Assembly (NCBI GenBank): GCA_963704885.1 | Contig: CAVPIB010000004.1 | Coordinates: forward strand, 704,001 to 768,000 | Direction of reading: 5' to 3' | DNA length: 64,000 bases | From: an uncultured Actinomycetes bacterium | GTDB taxonomy: Bacteria; Actinomycetota; UBA4738; HRBIN12 | Shown here: piece after piece, positions 39,884-49,440 of the stretch | Numbering within the stretch: the stretch's first letter is position 1 | How the letters are laid out: every line of letters starts with the position of its first letter | Notes under the pieces: generated by a model | What the model was told of the DNA's origin: nothing | The model's input: only the letters and a program-made list of their open reading frames with translations | The model's database searches: none | Position numbers and translations under genes: made by a program

Positions 39884-41245
39884 ATGAGCGAGCGACGAGC
39901 TTGGATGGTCCGCTTCACCCTGGTCGCACTCGTCGTATCGCTGGGGCTGACCTCGGCCGGAACCGCACGGGGCCAGGATCTGGACACCCCCGGGATCATC
40001 GGCCTGCGCCTTGACGGCGTGGTGGATCCGTTCCTGGCCGACTACATCCGCCGCGGGGTGGGATCGGCGAACGACGAGGGCGCTCTCGCCGTGCTCATCA
40101 CGATAGACACACCCGGAGGGCTCTCCTCCTCCATGCGCGAGATGACGCAGGCCATCCTCGGCTCTCGGATCCCCGTCATCTGCTACGTGGCGCCCGAGGG
40201 AGCCCGCGCCGCATCTGCCGGGGCGTTCGTGCTGATGTCGTGCCCGGTCGCAGCCATGGCAGCCGGAACCAACGTGGGGGCGGCAACGCCGGTCGGCGTG
40301 TCGGGGGTCGTGCTGCAGCGCAAGGTCACGCAGGACGCGATCGCTTCGATCCGAAGCATGGCGGAGACCTACGACCGCAACACAGACGTCGCCGAGTCGT
40401 TCGTGCGCGATGCCACAAGCATCACGGCGGAGCAGGCACTCGCCGAGAACGTCATCGACCTGATCGAGCCGAGCGTAGATGCTCTTCTCGCCGACGTGAG
40501 CGGCACGACGGTGACGCTCGGCGATGGCTCCACCGTCGTCGTGCCCGGTCTCGAAGATGCGTCGATAGACGAACGCGCCCTGTCGCCGGGGGCCTCCTTC
40601 CTGCACGGGCTCATCGACCCGAACCTCGCCTTCATCTTCTTCTGGCTGGGCCTGGGCCTGATCATCTTGGAGCTGCTCGTACCGGGACATATCTTCTCCG
40701 GAACCATCGGCACGATCTTGCTGGTCACCGCGGTCGCGTCGTTCGGGCTCCTTCCGGTGCGACTGCTCGGGATAACCCTGCTGATCGCATCGGCAGTCTT
40801 CTTCGTGGTGGAGATCACTGCGCCCGGGCTCGGCGTCTGGTCGATCGCGGGGCTCGTCTCGTTGCTGGCTGGTGGGTTGCTGCTCTACGACGGCTCTGGG
40901 GGGGTCCATGTGTCACCCCTGGTCCTGATCTTGGTGACGGCCGGCGTCGGCCTCTTCTTCGGCCTGGCCGTCTCCAAGGTGCTCGAGATCCGACACATAC
41001 CACCGGTGCCGCACGGCGCCGATGCCCTGGTCGGTAAGGATGGGGTCGTGATCGGCGCCGGACTCGGGCCGAGCGGCGTGGTTCGGATCGCCGCCGAGGA
41101 GTGGCGGGCGACGTCGCCCGCCGGACCGCTCCCCGGAGGCACCCGGGTCCGCGTCACTGCGCTCGACGGGTTGGTGCTCACCGTCGAGCCGTTCTCGGAC
41201 GAGCACGTGTCGGCCTCCGCGCCGACGGAAGGAGCTGCTCAATGA
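39884..41245 (+). CDS. nfeD: NfeD membrane serine protease (long form)
   Basis: IDTPGG, RAASAG, GAATPV, TM region and C-terminal OB fold (G.V....EEW.A). Confidence 0.92.
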   Translation: MSERRAWMVRFTLVALVVSLGLTSAGTARGQDLDTPGIIGLRLDGVVDPFLADYIRRGVGSANDEGALAVLITIDTPGGLSSSMREMTQAILGSRIPVICYVAPEGARAASAGAFVLMSCPVAAMAAGTNVGAATPVGVSGVVLQRKVTQDAIASIRSMAETYDRNTDVAESFVRDATSITAEQALAENVIDLIEPSVDALLADVSGTTVTLGDGSTVVVPGLEDASIDERALSPGASFLHGLIDPNLAFIFFWLGLGLIILELLVPGHIFSGTIGTILLVTAVASFGLLPVRLLGITLLIASAVFFVVEITAPGLGVWSIAGLVSLLAGGLLLYDGSGGVHVSPLVLILVTAGVGLFFGLAVSKVLEIRHIPPVPHGADALVGKDGVVIGAGLGPSGVVRIAAEEWRATSPAGPLPGGTRVRVTALDGLVLTVEPFSDEHVSASAPTEGAAQ

Positions 41246-42168
41246 ACTACGCGTTCCTGATCGGGCTCGCGGTCGTGGTGTTCATCGTGGTGGCGCTGCT
41301 CGCCTCCGCGATCCGCATCGTCCGCGAATACCAACGCCTCGTCGTGTTCCGACTGGGGCGCGTGCTCGCCACGAAGGGTCCCGGCCTCGTGATCCTGATC
41401 CCCTTCATCGACAAGGCGGTCCCCGTCGACCTCCGCGAGTTCTACCTGGAGATCCCGCAACAGACCGCCATCACCGAGGACAACGCCTCCATCTCGATCG
41501 ACTTCATCGTCTTCAACAAGGTGATGGACCCACAGCTGTCAACCTTGGCCGTCCAGAACTTCTCGGGAGCCGCGCAGAACATCGCGGCCACGACGCTCCG
41601 CTCGGTGGTGGGCGATATGTCGCTCGACGATGTGCTCGCCAAGCGCGAGCACATCAACGAGACCCTTCGCACGAAGCTTGATGAGGTCACGGAGCGGTGG
41701 GGCGTGAAGGTCACTAACGTGGAGATCCGCGAGATCATGCCGCCGCCCGCCGTACAGGAGGCGATGACCCGCCAGATGTCGGCCGAGCGGACGCGTCGCG
41801 CCGTCGTGACAGAGGCCGAGGGATCCAAGCAGGCCGCGGTCACGGTGGCCGAGGGCAACAAGGCCTCAGCCATCCTCAATGCAGAGGGCCAGAGGCAGGC
41901 CGCGATCTTGAACGCCGAGGGTGAGCGGCAGGCGGCCATCCTGCGCGCCGAGGGCTTCTCTCTGGCGCTCGACAAGATCAACGAGGTGGCCAACCTCGTG
42001 GCCACGAATACCATGAGCCTGCAGTACCTCGACACCCTGAAGCAGATCGGCTCGTCGCCGTCCTCGAAGATCGTCGTGCCCATGGAGCTAGCTGGGCTGG
42101 CGGCAGGGGTCGTGGCGCTGGCCGAACAGGCGTCGGGTGACGGGCGAGCGGAACCTGCCCAGGAGTGA
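41242..42168 (+). CDS. SPFH/stomatin-like (band 7) protein
   Basis: EYQR.VVFRLG, TTLRSVVG, WGVKV..VEI, AER.RRA....AEG. Confidence 0.94.
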   Translation: MNYAFLIGLAVVVFIVVALLASAIRIVREYQRLVVFRLGRVLATKGPGLVILIPFIDKAVPVDLREFYLEIPQQTAITEDNASISIDFIVFNKVMDPQLSTLAVQNFSGAAQNIAATTLRSVVGDMSLDDVLAKREHINETLRTKLDEVTERWGVKVTNVEIREIMPPPAVQEAMTRQMSAERTRRAVVTEAEGSKQAAVTVAEGNKASAILNAEGQRQAAILNAEGERQAAILRAEGFSLALDKINEVANLVATNTMSLQYLDTLKQIGSSPSSKIVVPMELAGLAAGVVALAEQASGDGRAEPAQE

Positions 42169-42169
42169 C

Positions 42170-43273
42170 CTAGACGGGAACCGTCATCCCCGCTTGCTGC
42201 AACGCGAGCGAGAAGTCGTGCTGCGACGAGACCGCCTTCATCGCCGCCTCGATCGTCACTGTGCCCTTCTTGACCAGCTCCAGCATGTACTGATCGAACG
42301 TGACCATCCCGTAGTAGCCACCGTCGGCGATCACTTCTTTGATCTCGGCGGTCAGATCCGGGTCGGCGATCCGCTCCGCGATGCGACCCGTGTTGATCAG
42401 GATCTCCAGGCCCGGCGTCCGGCCGCCATCGATGGTCGGGACCAGCCGCTGACACACGATGCCGCGCAACGTGCCTGCGAGCGCCAGGCGCACCTGCTTC
42501 TGCTGATGCGGCGGGAAGAAGTCGATGATGCGGTTCACGGTCTCTGTGGCATCTACCGTGTGGAGAGTCGACAGGACCAGGTGACCCGTCTCCGCAGCCT
42601 GGATCGCCGTCCTCACGGTGTCGGTGTCGCGCATCTCGCCGATCAGGATCACGTCGGGGTCTTGCCGAAGCGCGGCGCGGAGCGCGGACAGGAAGTCGTC
42701 GGTGTCGTTGCCGACCTCGCGCTGGTTGATCGACGCCGTCTTGTCGTGGTGCAGGACCTCGATCGGGTCTTCGATCGTCACGATGTGCACGGGCTTCGTT
42801 TGATTGATGTATTCGATCATCGCCGCGAGGGTCGTGGTCTTGCCCGCGCCCGTAGGGCCGGTGACCAGGATCAGGCCGCGCTGCGCGTCGGCGATCTCCC
42901 GCACGGCGTCCGGCAGCCCGATCTCCCCGAAGGATGGACCGCCCACCCGCAGACGGCGGAACACCATGCTGAGGGATCCGCGCTGGCGGAACACGTTGGT
43001 GCGGAACCGTCCGACATCGTGTACCGAGTACGCGAAGTCGGCCTCGCCGTGGTCCTCCAGCCGGTCGCGCCGGTTACCCGGGACGATCGCGTCGGCGATC
43101 GAGGTGGTCTCCTCGCTCGTGAGCGGCGCGCGATCCAGCCGGTGAAGACCCTCGGGCATGCGGTACATCGGAGGGGAGCCGACCTTGACGTGCAGATCGG
43201 AGCCCTCGCCCTCCAGAAGGCCTTCGAGCCAACCATGGAACTCCTCGACTATCGGTTCGGTCACGCCTTCCAT
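42170..43273 (-). CDS. pilT: Type IV pilus retraction ATPase PilT/PilU family
   Basis: SDLH, GPTGAGKTTT, TIEDPIE, QREVG.D, LRQDPDVILIGEMRD, AAETGHLV.STLH. Confidence 0.93.
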   Translation of the reverse strand: MEGVTEPIVEEFHGWLEGLLEGEGSDLHVKVGSPPMYRMPEGLHRLDRAPLTSEETTSIADAIVPGNRRDRLEDHGEADFAYSVHDVGRFRTNVFRQRGSLSMVFRRLRVGGPSFGEIGLPDAVREIADAQRGLILVTGPTGAGKTTTLAAMIEYINQTKPVHIVTIEDPIEVLHHDKTASINQREVGNDTDDFLSALRAALRQDPDVILIGEMRDTDTVRTAIQAAETGHLVLSTLHTVDATETVNRIIDFFPPHQQKQVRLALAGTLRGIVCQRLVPTIDGGRTPGLEILINTGRIAERIADPDLTAEIKEVIADGGYYGMVTFDQYMLELVKKGTVTIEAAMKAVSSQHDFSLALQQAGMTVPV

Positions 43274-43330
43274 CAAGACCTCTCTCCTCGTTCGGGTACG
43301 CGCCGCCGCCAGCCGAACGGCACCCTCTAC

Positions 43331-43359
43331 TCATCGGACACCGGCCGGGACGACTTCAG
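43331..43359 (-). promoter_or_regulatory. Sigma28/WhiG-like promoter of pilT
   Basis: CTGAAG-N15-TCCGATGA. Confidence 0.55.
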
Positions 43360-43394
43360 TGCCGTTAGGAAGCAACCCCAACGAGTTCGAGGAT

Positions 43395-44072
43395 CTAGGA
43401 GCGGCGAGCCACCAGGCGACAGATCGTCGAACGGTCGGCGAGCGGTTCGAACTCGCTCAGACGAAGCGGCGGCCGGGAGGCGCTCAACATGCCCTCCAGC
43501 AGGCCGCGGTGGACCGCGCAGACCAGCTCACGGTGATCGTCGAGAAGGTCGCGGAACGGGCAGTCGCGCAGAGAGATCTCCACGATCTTGGCGCTCTTGC
43601 GCCTGAAGCGCGGATCGAACCCGGCCTCGGCAAGCGCCTCCTGAAGCACCGCCAGATTGAGGCCGGACGGACCCCGGGCGTTCGGACGGGGGGCGCTGCG
43701 TCCGATCAGGTAGGCCCCCCACTCACTGGCCGCCGCCTCGGCTCGCTCGCGTTGACGCACCCCTGTCAGCAGACCGGCGAGGATGTCGCCCAGGAGCCGA
43801 TAGTCGCGGCCCTCGCGTTCCTCACGGTCGATCGCCGAGTACAAGACCTGCGGACGCCCGACGCTCGTGCCACGGTGGACCTCGCTGGATACCAGACCCG
43901 CTTCCTCGAGCCGACGCAGGTGCGGGCGGAGCGTGTTGGCGTGCAGCGACAGGCGCGAAGAGAGCTCGCGTACCGGCACCGGCCGGCCGGACAGACGCAG
44001 GTAGCGGTAGAGGCGGTAACGCGTGTCCTCCGCGAGAGCTTTGTGGACCTCGATGGGTGATGGGTCGGGCAT
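43395..44072 (-). CDS. ArsR/SufR-like HTH transcriptional regulator
   Basis: ALA..TR..L...LH.NT.R.HL..LE.AGLV, GRP...Y, CPF...VC..H. Confidence 0.82.
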   Translation of the reverse strand: MPDPSPIEVHKALAEDTRYRLYRYLRLSGRPVPVRELSSRLSLHANTLRPHLRRLEEAGLVSSEVHRGTSVGRPQVLYSAIDREEREGRDYRLLGDILAGLLTGVRQRERAEAAASEWGAYLIGRSAPRPNARGPSGLNLAVLQEALAEAGFDPRFRRKSAKIVEISLRDCPFRDLLDDHRELVCAVHRGLLEGMLSASRPPLRLSEFEPLADRSTICRLVARRS

Positions 44073-44148
44073 CAGCGGGACCTCGCCGTATGATGGATTT
44101 CCACGGTTCGCACCGTGTCAACCAAGCTTAGAGCCTGAAAGGACACCG

Positions 44149-45313
44149 GTGGTCACCGAAGCCAAGGTCCGCGAAGCCCTCCGAAACGTGCTGGATCCCG
44201 AGATCGGACGCCCGATCGAAGACATCGGCATGCTCCGGGGCATCGGGATCGACGGCGGCGCGGTGAACGTCGACGTCCTGATCACGATCGAGGGCTGCCC
44301 GCTGAAGGACCGCATCACGAGCGACGTCACCGCCGCGGTTTCGCCGCTCGAGGGCGTCGAACGGGTGACGGTCTCCCTCGAGCCGATGTCGCAGGAGCAG
44401 CGAGAGGCGCTGGTGCAGCAACTCCGCGGAGGCACGCCGGCCGCGCCGCAGCAGAGCCGGATCTCGTTCCCACCGTCCACCGCGATCGTGGCGGTGGCCT
44501 CGGGCAAGGGCGGCGTCGGCAAATCGAGCGTCACCGTGAACCTGGCGTGCGCGCTCGCCGCCGAAGGTCACCGGGTCGGCGTGCTGGACGCGGACGTGTG
44601 GGGGTTCAGCGTTCCGCGGATGCTCGGGGTGCACGGCAAGCCGGTCGGCTTCAACGACATGATCCTGCCGCTCGAGGGCCACGGCGTGAAGGTGATCTCG
44701 ATGGGGTTCTTCGTGCCCGAGGAGACGCCCGTGATCTGGCGCGGACCCATGCTCCACAAGGCGATCGAACAGTTCCTGGGCGACGTGTACTGGGGCGACC
44801 TGGACTTCCTGCTCTGCGACCTGCCGCCCGGCACCGGCGACGTGTCGATCTCGTCTGGCCTCGTTCATCCCGGGCGCGTCGATGCTGGTGGTGACCACCC
44901 CCCAAGAGGCCGCCCGCAAGGTGGCCGAACGCGCCGGCAAGATGGCCGAACGCACGAACCTGCGACCGATCGGCGTGGTCGAGAACATGAGCTTCTACGT
45001 CTGTCCGCACTGCGGTGGCCGCGACGACATCTTCGGGACGGGCGGCGGGCAGGAGGCGGCCGACACGCTCGGCGTGCCGCTGATGGCGCAGGTCCCCCTG
45101 GTGCCGGCGCTCCGCGCCGGCGGCGACTTGGGCGCGCCGATCGTGGTCACGGATCCGGAGGCCCCGGCGAGCGAGGCTCTGCGCGAAGCGGCACGCGCCG
45201 TCGCGCGCGCCACGAAGTCCAAGGTGGGAAAGCCGCTCACTCTGATGACGAATGCCCCGGTCGCAGCGGCAGCTGGACACGCCGGTCACGATCACGCTGG
45301 ACACAACCACTGA
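44149..45313 (+). CDS. mrp: Mrp/ApbC Fe-S carrier ATPase with N-terminal DUF59-type domain, +1 frameshift ~44854
   Basis: V.DPEIG, GCP, SGKGGVGKS, DADVWG, WRGPM, DLPPGTGD; then in the next frame VTTPQ, ENMS, CPHC and a His-rich tail. Confidence 0.92.
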
Positions 45314-45804
45314 CCACCCCCGACGACGTCCTGCGCGCGAGCTTCGCCCACCACGTGTGGGCGACGATCGCGCTGATCGACGCGCTGGAAGCGCTCTCGG
45401 CCGACCCCGACTCCGCGATCCCCGGGACCTACGGGTCGATCGCGCAGACCCTCACGCACCTCGTGGACGCGGACGACCGCTACCTGCAGCGACTCACCAT
45501 CCCGACCCTGCCCCCGTACGAGGATCATGGCGCTCAGCCGCTCGCGGAGCTGCGAGAGCGGATGACGAGCCACGCGGATCGCTGGACGGAGAAGCTGGAC
45601 CGGCTGGACGCAGGAACCCTCGACGCCACGATCGCCGGTCACGAGGACTACCCCGACACGCCGCACGCGGAGACCCTGCTGCTCCTCCAGGCGCTGCACC
45701 ACGGCGACGACCATCGAACTCAGGTGTGTTCGACGCTAGGTGCGCTCGGACTCGAGGTCCCCGATCTCGACGGCTGGACCTACTGGGCCGAAGGCCGCGA
45801 CTGA
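45310..45804 (+). CDS. DinB/YfiT family metalloprotein (start uncertain; CTG overlapping the mrp stop)
   Basis: HHVWA, GSI..TL.H...AD..Y, HHGDDHR.QV...L..LG...PDLD. Confidence 0.78.
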   Translation: MTTPDDVLRASFAHHVWATIALIDALEALSADPDSAIPGTYGSIAQTLTHLVDADDRYLQRLTIPTLPPYEDHGAQPLAELRERMTSHADRWTEKLDRLDAGTLDATIAGHEDYPDTPHAETLLLLQALHHGDDHRTQVCSTLGALGLEVPDLDGWTYWAEGRD

Positions 45805-46769
45805 AGCTCGTCGGCGGAGGCTGCCGCCGTCTCGCCCTCCGGTTCATGGGCACTCGCGTCCGGCGGCGACTTGGCCGGGTGGAACGCCCACCAGATCAGG
45901 ATGCTGGCCGAGATGCTCGCGACCGCAAGCGCGGTCCACTGGCTGCCGGAGAACGGCCCGAAGAACCGCTTGTCGATCCGGAGGGAGTCCTCGAGCAGCC
46001 GGGCGAGCCCGTAGTAGAGCCCGAACGTGAGCGCGAGCACCCCTTCGCGCCGAGGCTTCTTGTTCATGTTCCACAGGATCGCGAAAAGGATCCAGGCAAG
46101 GATCATGTCGTAGAGCGCGGTTTGATGGACGCCGACGCCCTGGGCGATGACGGTCTGCCCCTTGAGCAACTGTGCCCCTGCCCGGGAGATCGTTTCGACA
46201 TGATCGTTCTGGAGCTGGGCTCCCCAGAAGCCCAGACTCCCCGGCTGCTGGTTGAACGGTGGCGCAAGGTTGCCCCCTTCATAGGTCCACGCCAGGAGCC
46301 AGCTCGTGGGCCTGCCCAGGTGATCCCCGATGATCAGATCGCCGATCCGCCCGATCGCGATCCCCAGGGCGAGCGCGGGCGCCACCGGGTCCATGACCTG
46401 GAGGAAGCGATAGCCATACCCGCGCATCCGCGGCACGTTGATCAAGATCGCGCCGGCTATCCCACCCAGGAGCGAGATCCCGCCCTTCCACACCTGCAGC
46501 CACTCGAGCGGGCTCTCGAACTCGCTGAGATGGGCTATCACGTAGAAGAGCCTCGAACCGACGATGGCGCCGATCAGTGCCCAGAAGAGCATCGTGCTGA
46601 TGTGCTCGGCCGAGACACCGTGCTTGGGTCCGATCCGGCCGAGGAGCCACCCGCCGATCAGGAAGCCGATCGCGATGCCCAGACCGTGCGGCGAGATAGC
46701 GAAGGCATCGCCGATGCGGATCCTGTCGAGCACGGGCCAGCCGACGGAGGCGAGGAGCGATAGCACCAC
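45780..46769 (-). CDS. lgt: Prolipoprotein diacylglyceryl transferase
   Basis: GAIVGSRLFYV, W.GGISL.GG, AIGRIG, HQT.LY, Y...R...D.LR.D. Confidence 0.88.
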   Translation of the reverse strand: MVLSLLASVGWPVLDRIRIGDAFAISPHGLGIAIGFLIGGWLLGRIGPKHGVSAEHISTMLFWALIGAIVGSRLFYVIAHLSEFESPLEWLQVWKGGISLLGGIAGAILINVPRMRGYGYRFLQVMDPVAPALALGIAIGRIGDLIIGDHLGRPTSWLLAWTYEGGNLAPPFNQQPGSLGFWGAQLQNDHVETISRAGAQLLKGQTVIAQGVGVHQTALYDMILAWILFAILWNMNKKPRREGVLALTFGLYYGLARLLEDSLRIDKRFFGPFSGSQWTALAVASISASILIWWAFHPAKSPPDASAHEPEGETAAASADELQSRPSAQ

Positions 46770-46777
46770 GTTCGAGT

Positions 46778-47374
46778 CTACCGGGGGGCGTGAGAACGGC
46801 CGGGCCACAGGCGGGCCACGGCGCGGCCCAGCAGCAAACCGCTCAAGACGTCCGACGGGTAGTGCACGCCCACGTAGACACGAGAGGCTGCCACCGACAT
46901 GTCGAGTGCCGACAGACCGGTCCGAGCCAAGGACCCGATCCCCAGTTCGCGCCCGGCGACCGTGGCGAACGCCGTCAGTACGGCGGGGTGGCTGCTCGGC
47001 CAGGAGGAGCCGTGAGGCGGACCGATCAACAGACGCGTGCCGTCGCCGTCGGCCTCGTACGGGCGGGACCGGTTCGCCACGCGTTTCAGTCCCTGGCCCG
47101 CGAGCCATGTGATCCCGGCCGCGCCCAACGCGCTCGCGGCTGCGCGGCGGCGTCCCGTGATCGCGAGCACACCCGCCGCCCCCGCGGCTGCCCAGAGCGA
47201 CCCCAGTTCCGTCACCCCGGTGAAGAACCGATCCGCCTCGTGACCGTGCCCGCGGTTCAGCGTTTCGAAAAGCTCCGCGTCCACCTCGCGCCCCTCTGCC
47301 GTGGACGACCTCCTACCCACGGCGGCCGTGGCGACGAGGAGGGCCGTCCCGATCAAGACGTTGCGCGGCTTCAT
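46778..47374 (-). CDS. PAP2 family phosphatase
   Basis: K....RSRP, SWPSSH, SRVYVGVHYPSD. Confidence 0.9.
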   Translation of the reverse strand: MKPRNVLIGTALLVATAAVGRRSSTAEGREVDAELFETLNRGHGHEADRFFTGVTELGSLWAAAGAAGVLAITGRRRAAASALGAAGITWLAGQGLKRVANRSRPYEADGDGTRLLIGPPHGSSWPSSHPAVLTAFATVAGRELGIGSLARTGLSALDMSVAASRVYVGVHYPSDVLSGLLLGRAVARLWPGRSHAPR

Positions 47375-47397
47375 GGTCGAGCGATGATAGGCGACGG

Positions 47398-47838
47398 TCA
47401 GCCCGCTTCGATGTCGCGCTTCTGCGCGAGCACGCCACGCTTCAAGGCCAGCTGGGATCCACCCACGGCCTGGATGCTCCGCGCCCCCAACCCGCCGAAC
47501 GGTCCGCGGAACCGGTACGCGATCTCGTGACGCAGCACGCTGCGTTCGAAAGGCAACGCGGCGATCGAGGTGGAGACGGTGGCCTCGAGCAACCCGGAGA
47601 GTCGAACCACCGCCCGCCACGGCGGCTCCCACTCCAGGACCTCCGCATCGACGGTGGTTCGGAATGCCACGAAACGCATCATCACCTCGTATCGGACCCC
47701 GAGGTTGAGCCCCTCGGGCGGGACGCGTACCGACTCGATATGCCGGTCCCAGTGCGGGAGGTTCGCCGGATCGCTCGTGACCGCCCAGACACGCTCGGGC
47801 GGCGCGTCGACCTCCACAGAGAACTCGACCGTCGTCAT
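47398..47838 (-). CDS. SRPBCC/START family protein
   Basis: VEVDAPPERVW...SDP..LP.W, WEPP. Confidence 0.8.
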   Translation of the reverse strand: MTTVEFSVEVDAPPERVWAVTSDPANLPHWDRHIESVRVPPEGLNLGVRYEVMMRFVAFRTTVDAEVLEWEPPWRAVVRLSGLLEATVSTSIAALPFERSVLRHEIAYRFRGPFGGLGARSIQAVGGSQLALKRGVLAQKRDIEAG

Positions 47839-47866
47839 CAGGCGGTGAGGCTAGCGGACGGTGAAG

Positions 47867-48814
47867 CTATCCGACGCCGAGACTCCCGCTGGTCCATCCC
47901 TTCCACCAGACCATGCGGGCGGGTTTGATCCGCAATAGCGCTCCGGCCTCGGGGTCGATCGAATTCGCCAGTGCTCGGGCTGACTTCGCCCCCGACCCAA
48001 GGGCGTCCAGCACGAAGATCCCGCCGGTTCCCTGCACCATGGCTCCGACCATGTCGCGGGCCCGCCACTCCGAAGCCCGGTCCATGGTGAGCGCGACCGG
48101 TGTCTCGGGTCCGGCACCCGCCAGTGCCAGCGTTTCGGCGGGGAGGGCCGAGTAAAGTCCCCCACCGTCCACGCGCCACCGGGCCGGGAGAACCACGAGC
48201 CCACGTGCGCCTGAGATGGTGAGCGATGCCTCGCCGTCGCTCCCCAGCGCCTCCCGCACGTCGGCTGGAAGTCCGCTCAGGGGATCGGCGCCGCGCTTGG
48301 ACGAGCGGAAGGTTTCGTTCGACAGACTCTCGCCGCCCCATCGGCCGCGCCCTTCCTGCACGCCGTCTTCTCCCAGGAGAGCCGTCCGCTCCACGTCGAT
48401 GCCCACGAACACGCGCCCGGGAGGCATCCACGCGAACGGGACCTGGCGGGCGTCGACCGCATAGCCGGCGAAGAACTTCGCGTTCTTCTTGCCGAACGCC
48501 GTGCCGGCGCGCGCGATCGACGTGGCGCCCGACAGCGCCGCGGCCCACGTGCTGCGATCGAACACGTCGTAGGTGCGGACGGTGCCGGTGAAGGTGATCG
48601 AGAGCTCCCCTGAGCGCACCAGCCCCGCCACGCCCGGGTCGACCTTCCAGGCGCGGGCCTTGACCGATCGGCGAGACGTCGTGAGCCAGACGCGACCACC
48701 CGAGTACGCGAACACCAGCGGCGTGCAGTGCGGTCCTCGCGGGGTGGTGGAGGCAACGGCGCAGAACGAACCCTGCTCCAGGACCTGCTGCACCGCGGTT
48801 GACAGGAAGCTCAT
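47867..48814 (-). CDS. Pyridoxamine 5'-phosphate oxidase-like split-barrel protein (apparently two domains)
   Basis: AVAS....GPH.TP......GG.VWLTT.R.S.K pattern, with a second similar half. Confidence 0.6.
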   Translation of the reverse strand: MSFLSTAVQQVLEQGSFCAVASTTPRGPHCTPLVFAYSGGRVWLTTSRRSVKARAWKVDPGVAGLVRSGELSITFTGTVRTYDVFDRSTWAAALSGATSIARAGTAFGKKNAKFFAGYAVDARQVPFAWMPPGRVFVGIDVERTALLGEDGVQEGRGRWGGESLSNETFRSSKRGADPLSGLPADVREALGSDGEASLTISGARGLVVLPARWRVDGGGLYSALPAETLALAGAGPETPVALTMDRASEWRARDMVGAMVQGTGGIFVLDALGSGAKSARALANSIDPEAGALLRIKPARMVWWKGWTSGSLGVG

Positions 48815-49437
48815 GACGCTCGCACCCTCCGCCCGGCCCCGGGAGGGAGCGCGAGCATCAGTCCGGTCCAGAGCATATGGCTCACGAGACTCGCGAGCAT
48901 CCCGCCCGACCAGACAGCGAGCCCCGCCCAGAGGGCGCCACCGACGACGGCCCCGGCTACGATCGGCAGACTAGCGCTCGCCGAGTTGACCCCCACGTAC
49001 GCCAGCCACGTCCAAGCGCCCGCCGCGGCCCCCGCCAACGCCTGACCCAAGCGCGCCTGGAACAACCCGCGCCAGAAGAGTTCCTCGCCTGGTACCAGGA
49101 TGAACAGGGAGAGGCCAAGCGAGCGCGCCAGAGAGATCTCCGCCGCCTCCTCGTACTTGTCGATCACCTGTCGGCGGAACGGCTCCCAGCGTGCGGCCAA
49201 GGCGACGAACGCGCGGGTCGCCACGTAGAGCGTGAGCCCGCTCACCACGCCCATCGCGAGAGCGGTCCCCTCGTCCACCTCCGTCGCTGCGACCGGTCGC
49301 TGCGCAAGCGCGGCGACCACCCCCATGCCCAGCAGGATCGGCGGCATCAGGCGCCAGACGACCGCGCGGCCGGTGGCCACCAGCCGCCAGCCGGCAGCCT
49401 CAGCGAGCGCCCCGAGCAACATCAGGAGCGGTTGCAC
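48811..49437 (-). CDS. CPBP/CAAX intramembrane protease
   Basis: EELFWRG, SH.LW, multiple TM helices. Confidence 0.85.
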   Translation of the reverse strand: MQPLLMLLGALAEAAGWRLVATGRAVVWRLMPPILLGMGVVAALAQRPVAATEVDEGTALAMGVVSGLTLYVATRAFVALAARWEPFRRQVIDKYEEAAEISLARSLGLSLFILVPGEELFWRGLFQARLGQALAGAAAGAWTWLAYVGVNSASASLPIVAGAVVGGALWAGLAVWSGGMLASLVSHMLWTGLMLALPPGAGRRVRAS

Positions 49438-49440
49438 CGT

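Noticed and set aside
41810-41955. Tandem 33-nt repeats (AEG..QAAIL.)
   Set aside because: This is the known coiled-coil repeat of SPFH proteins, not a CRISPR array or DNA repeat element.
44023-45804. 593-aa ORF that looks like an Mrp-DinB fusion
   Set aside because: Artefact of the +1 frameshift at ~44854. The middle part is out-of-frame sequence and the true Mrp C-terminus is in ORF 44882-45313.
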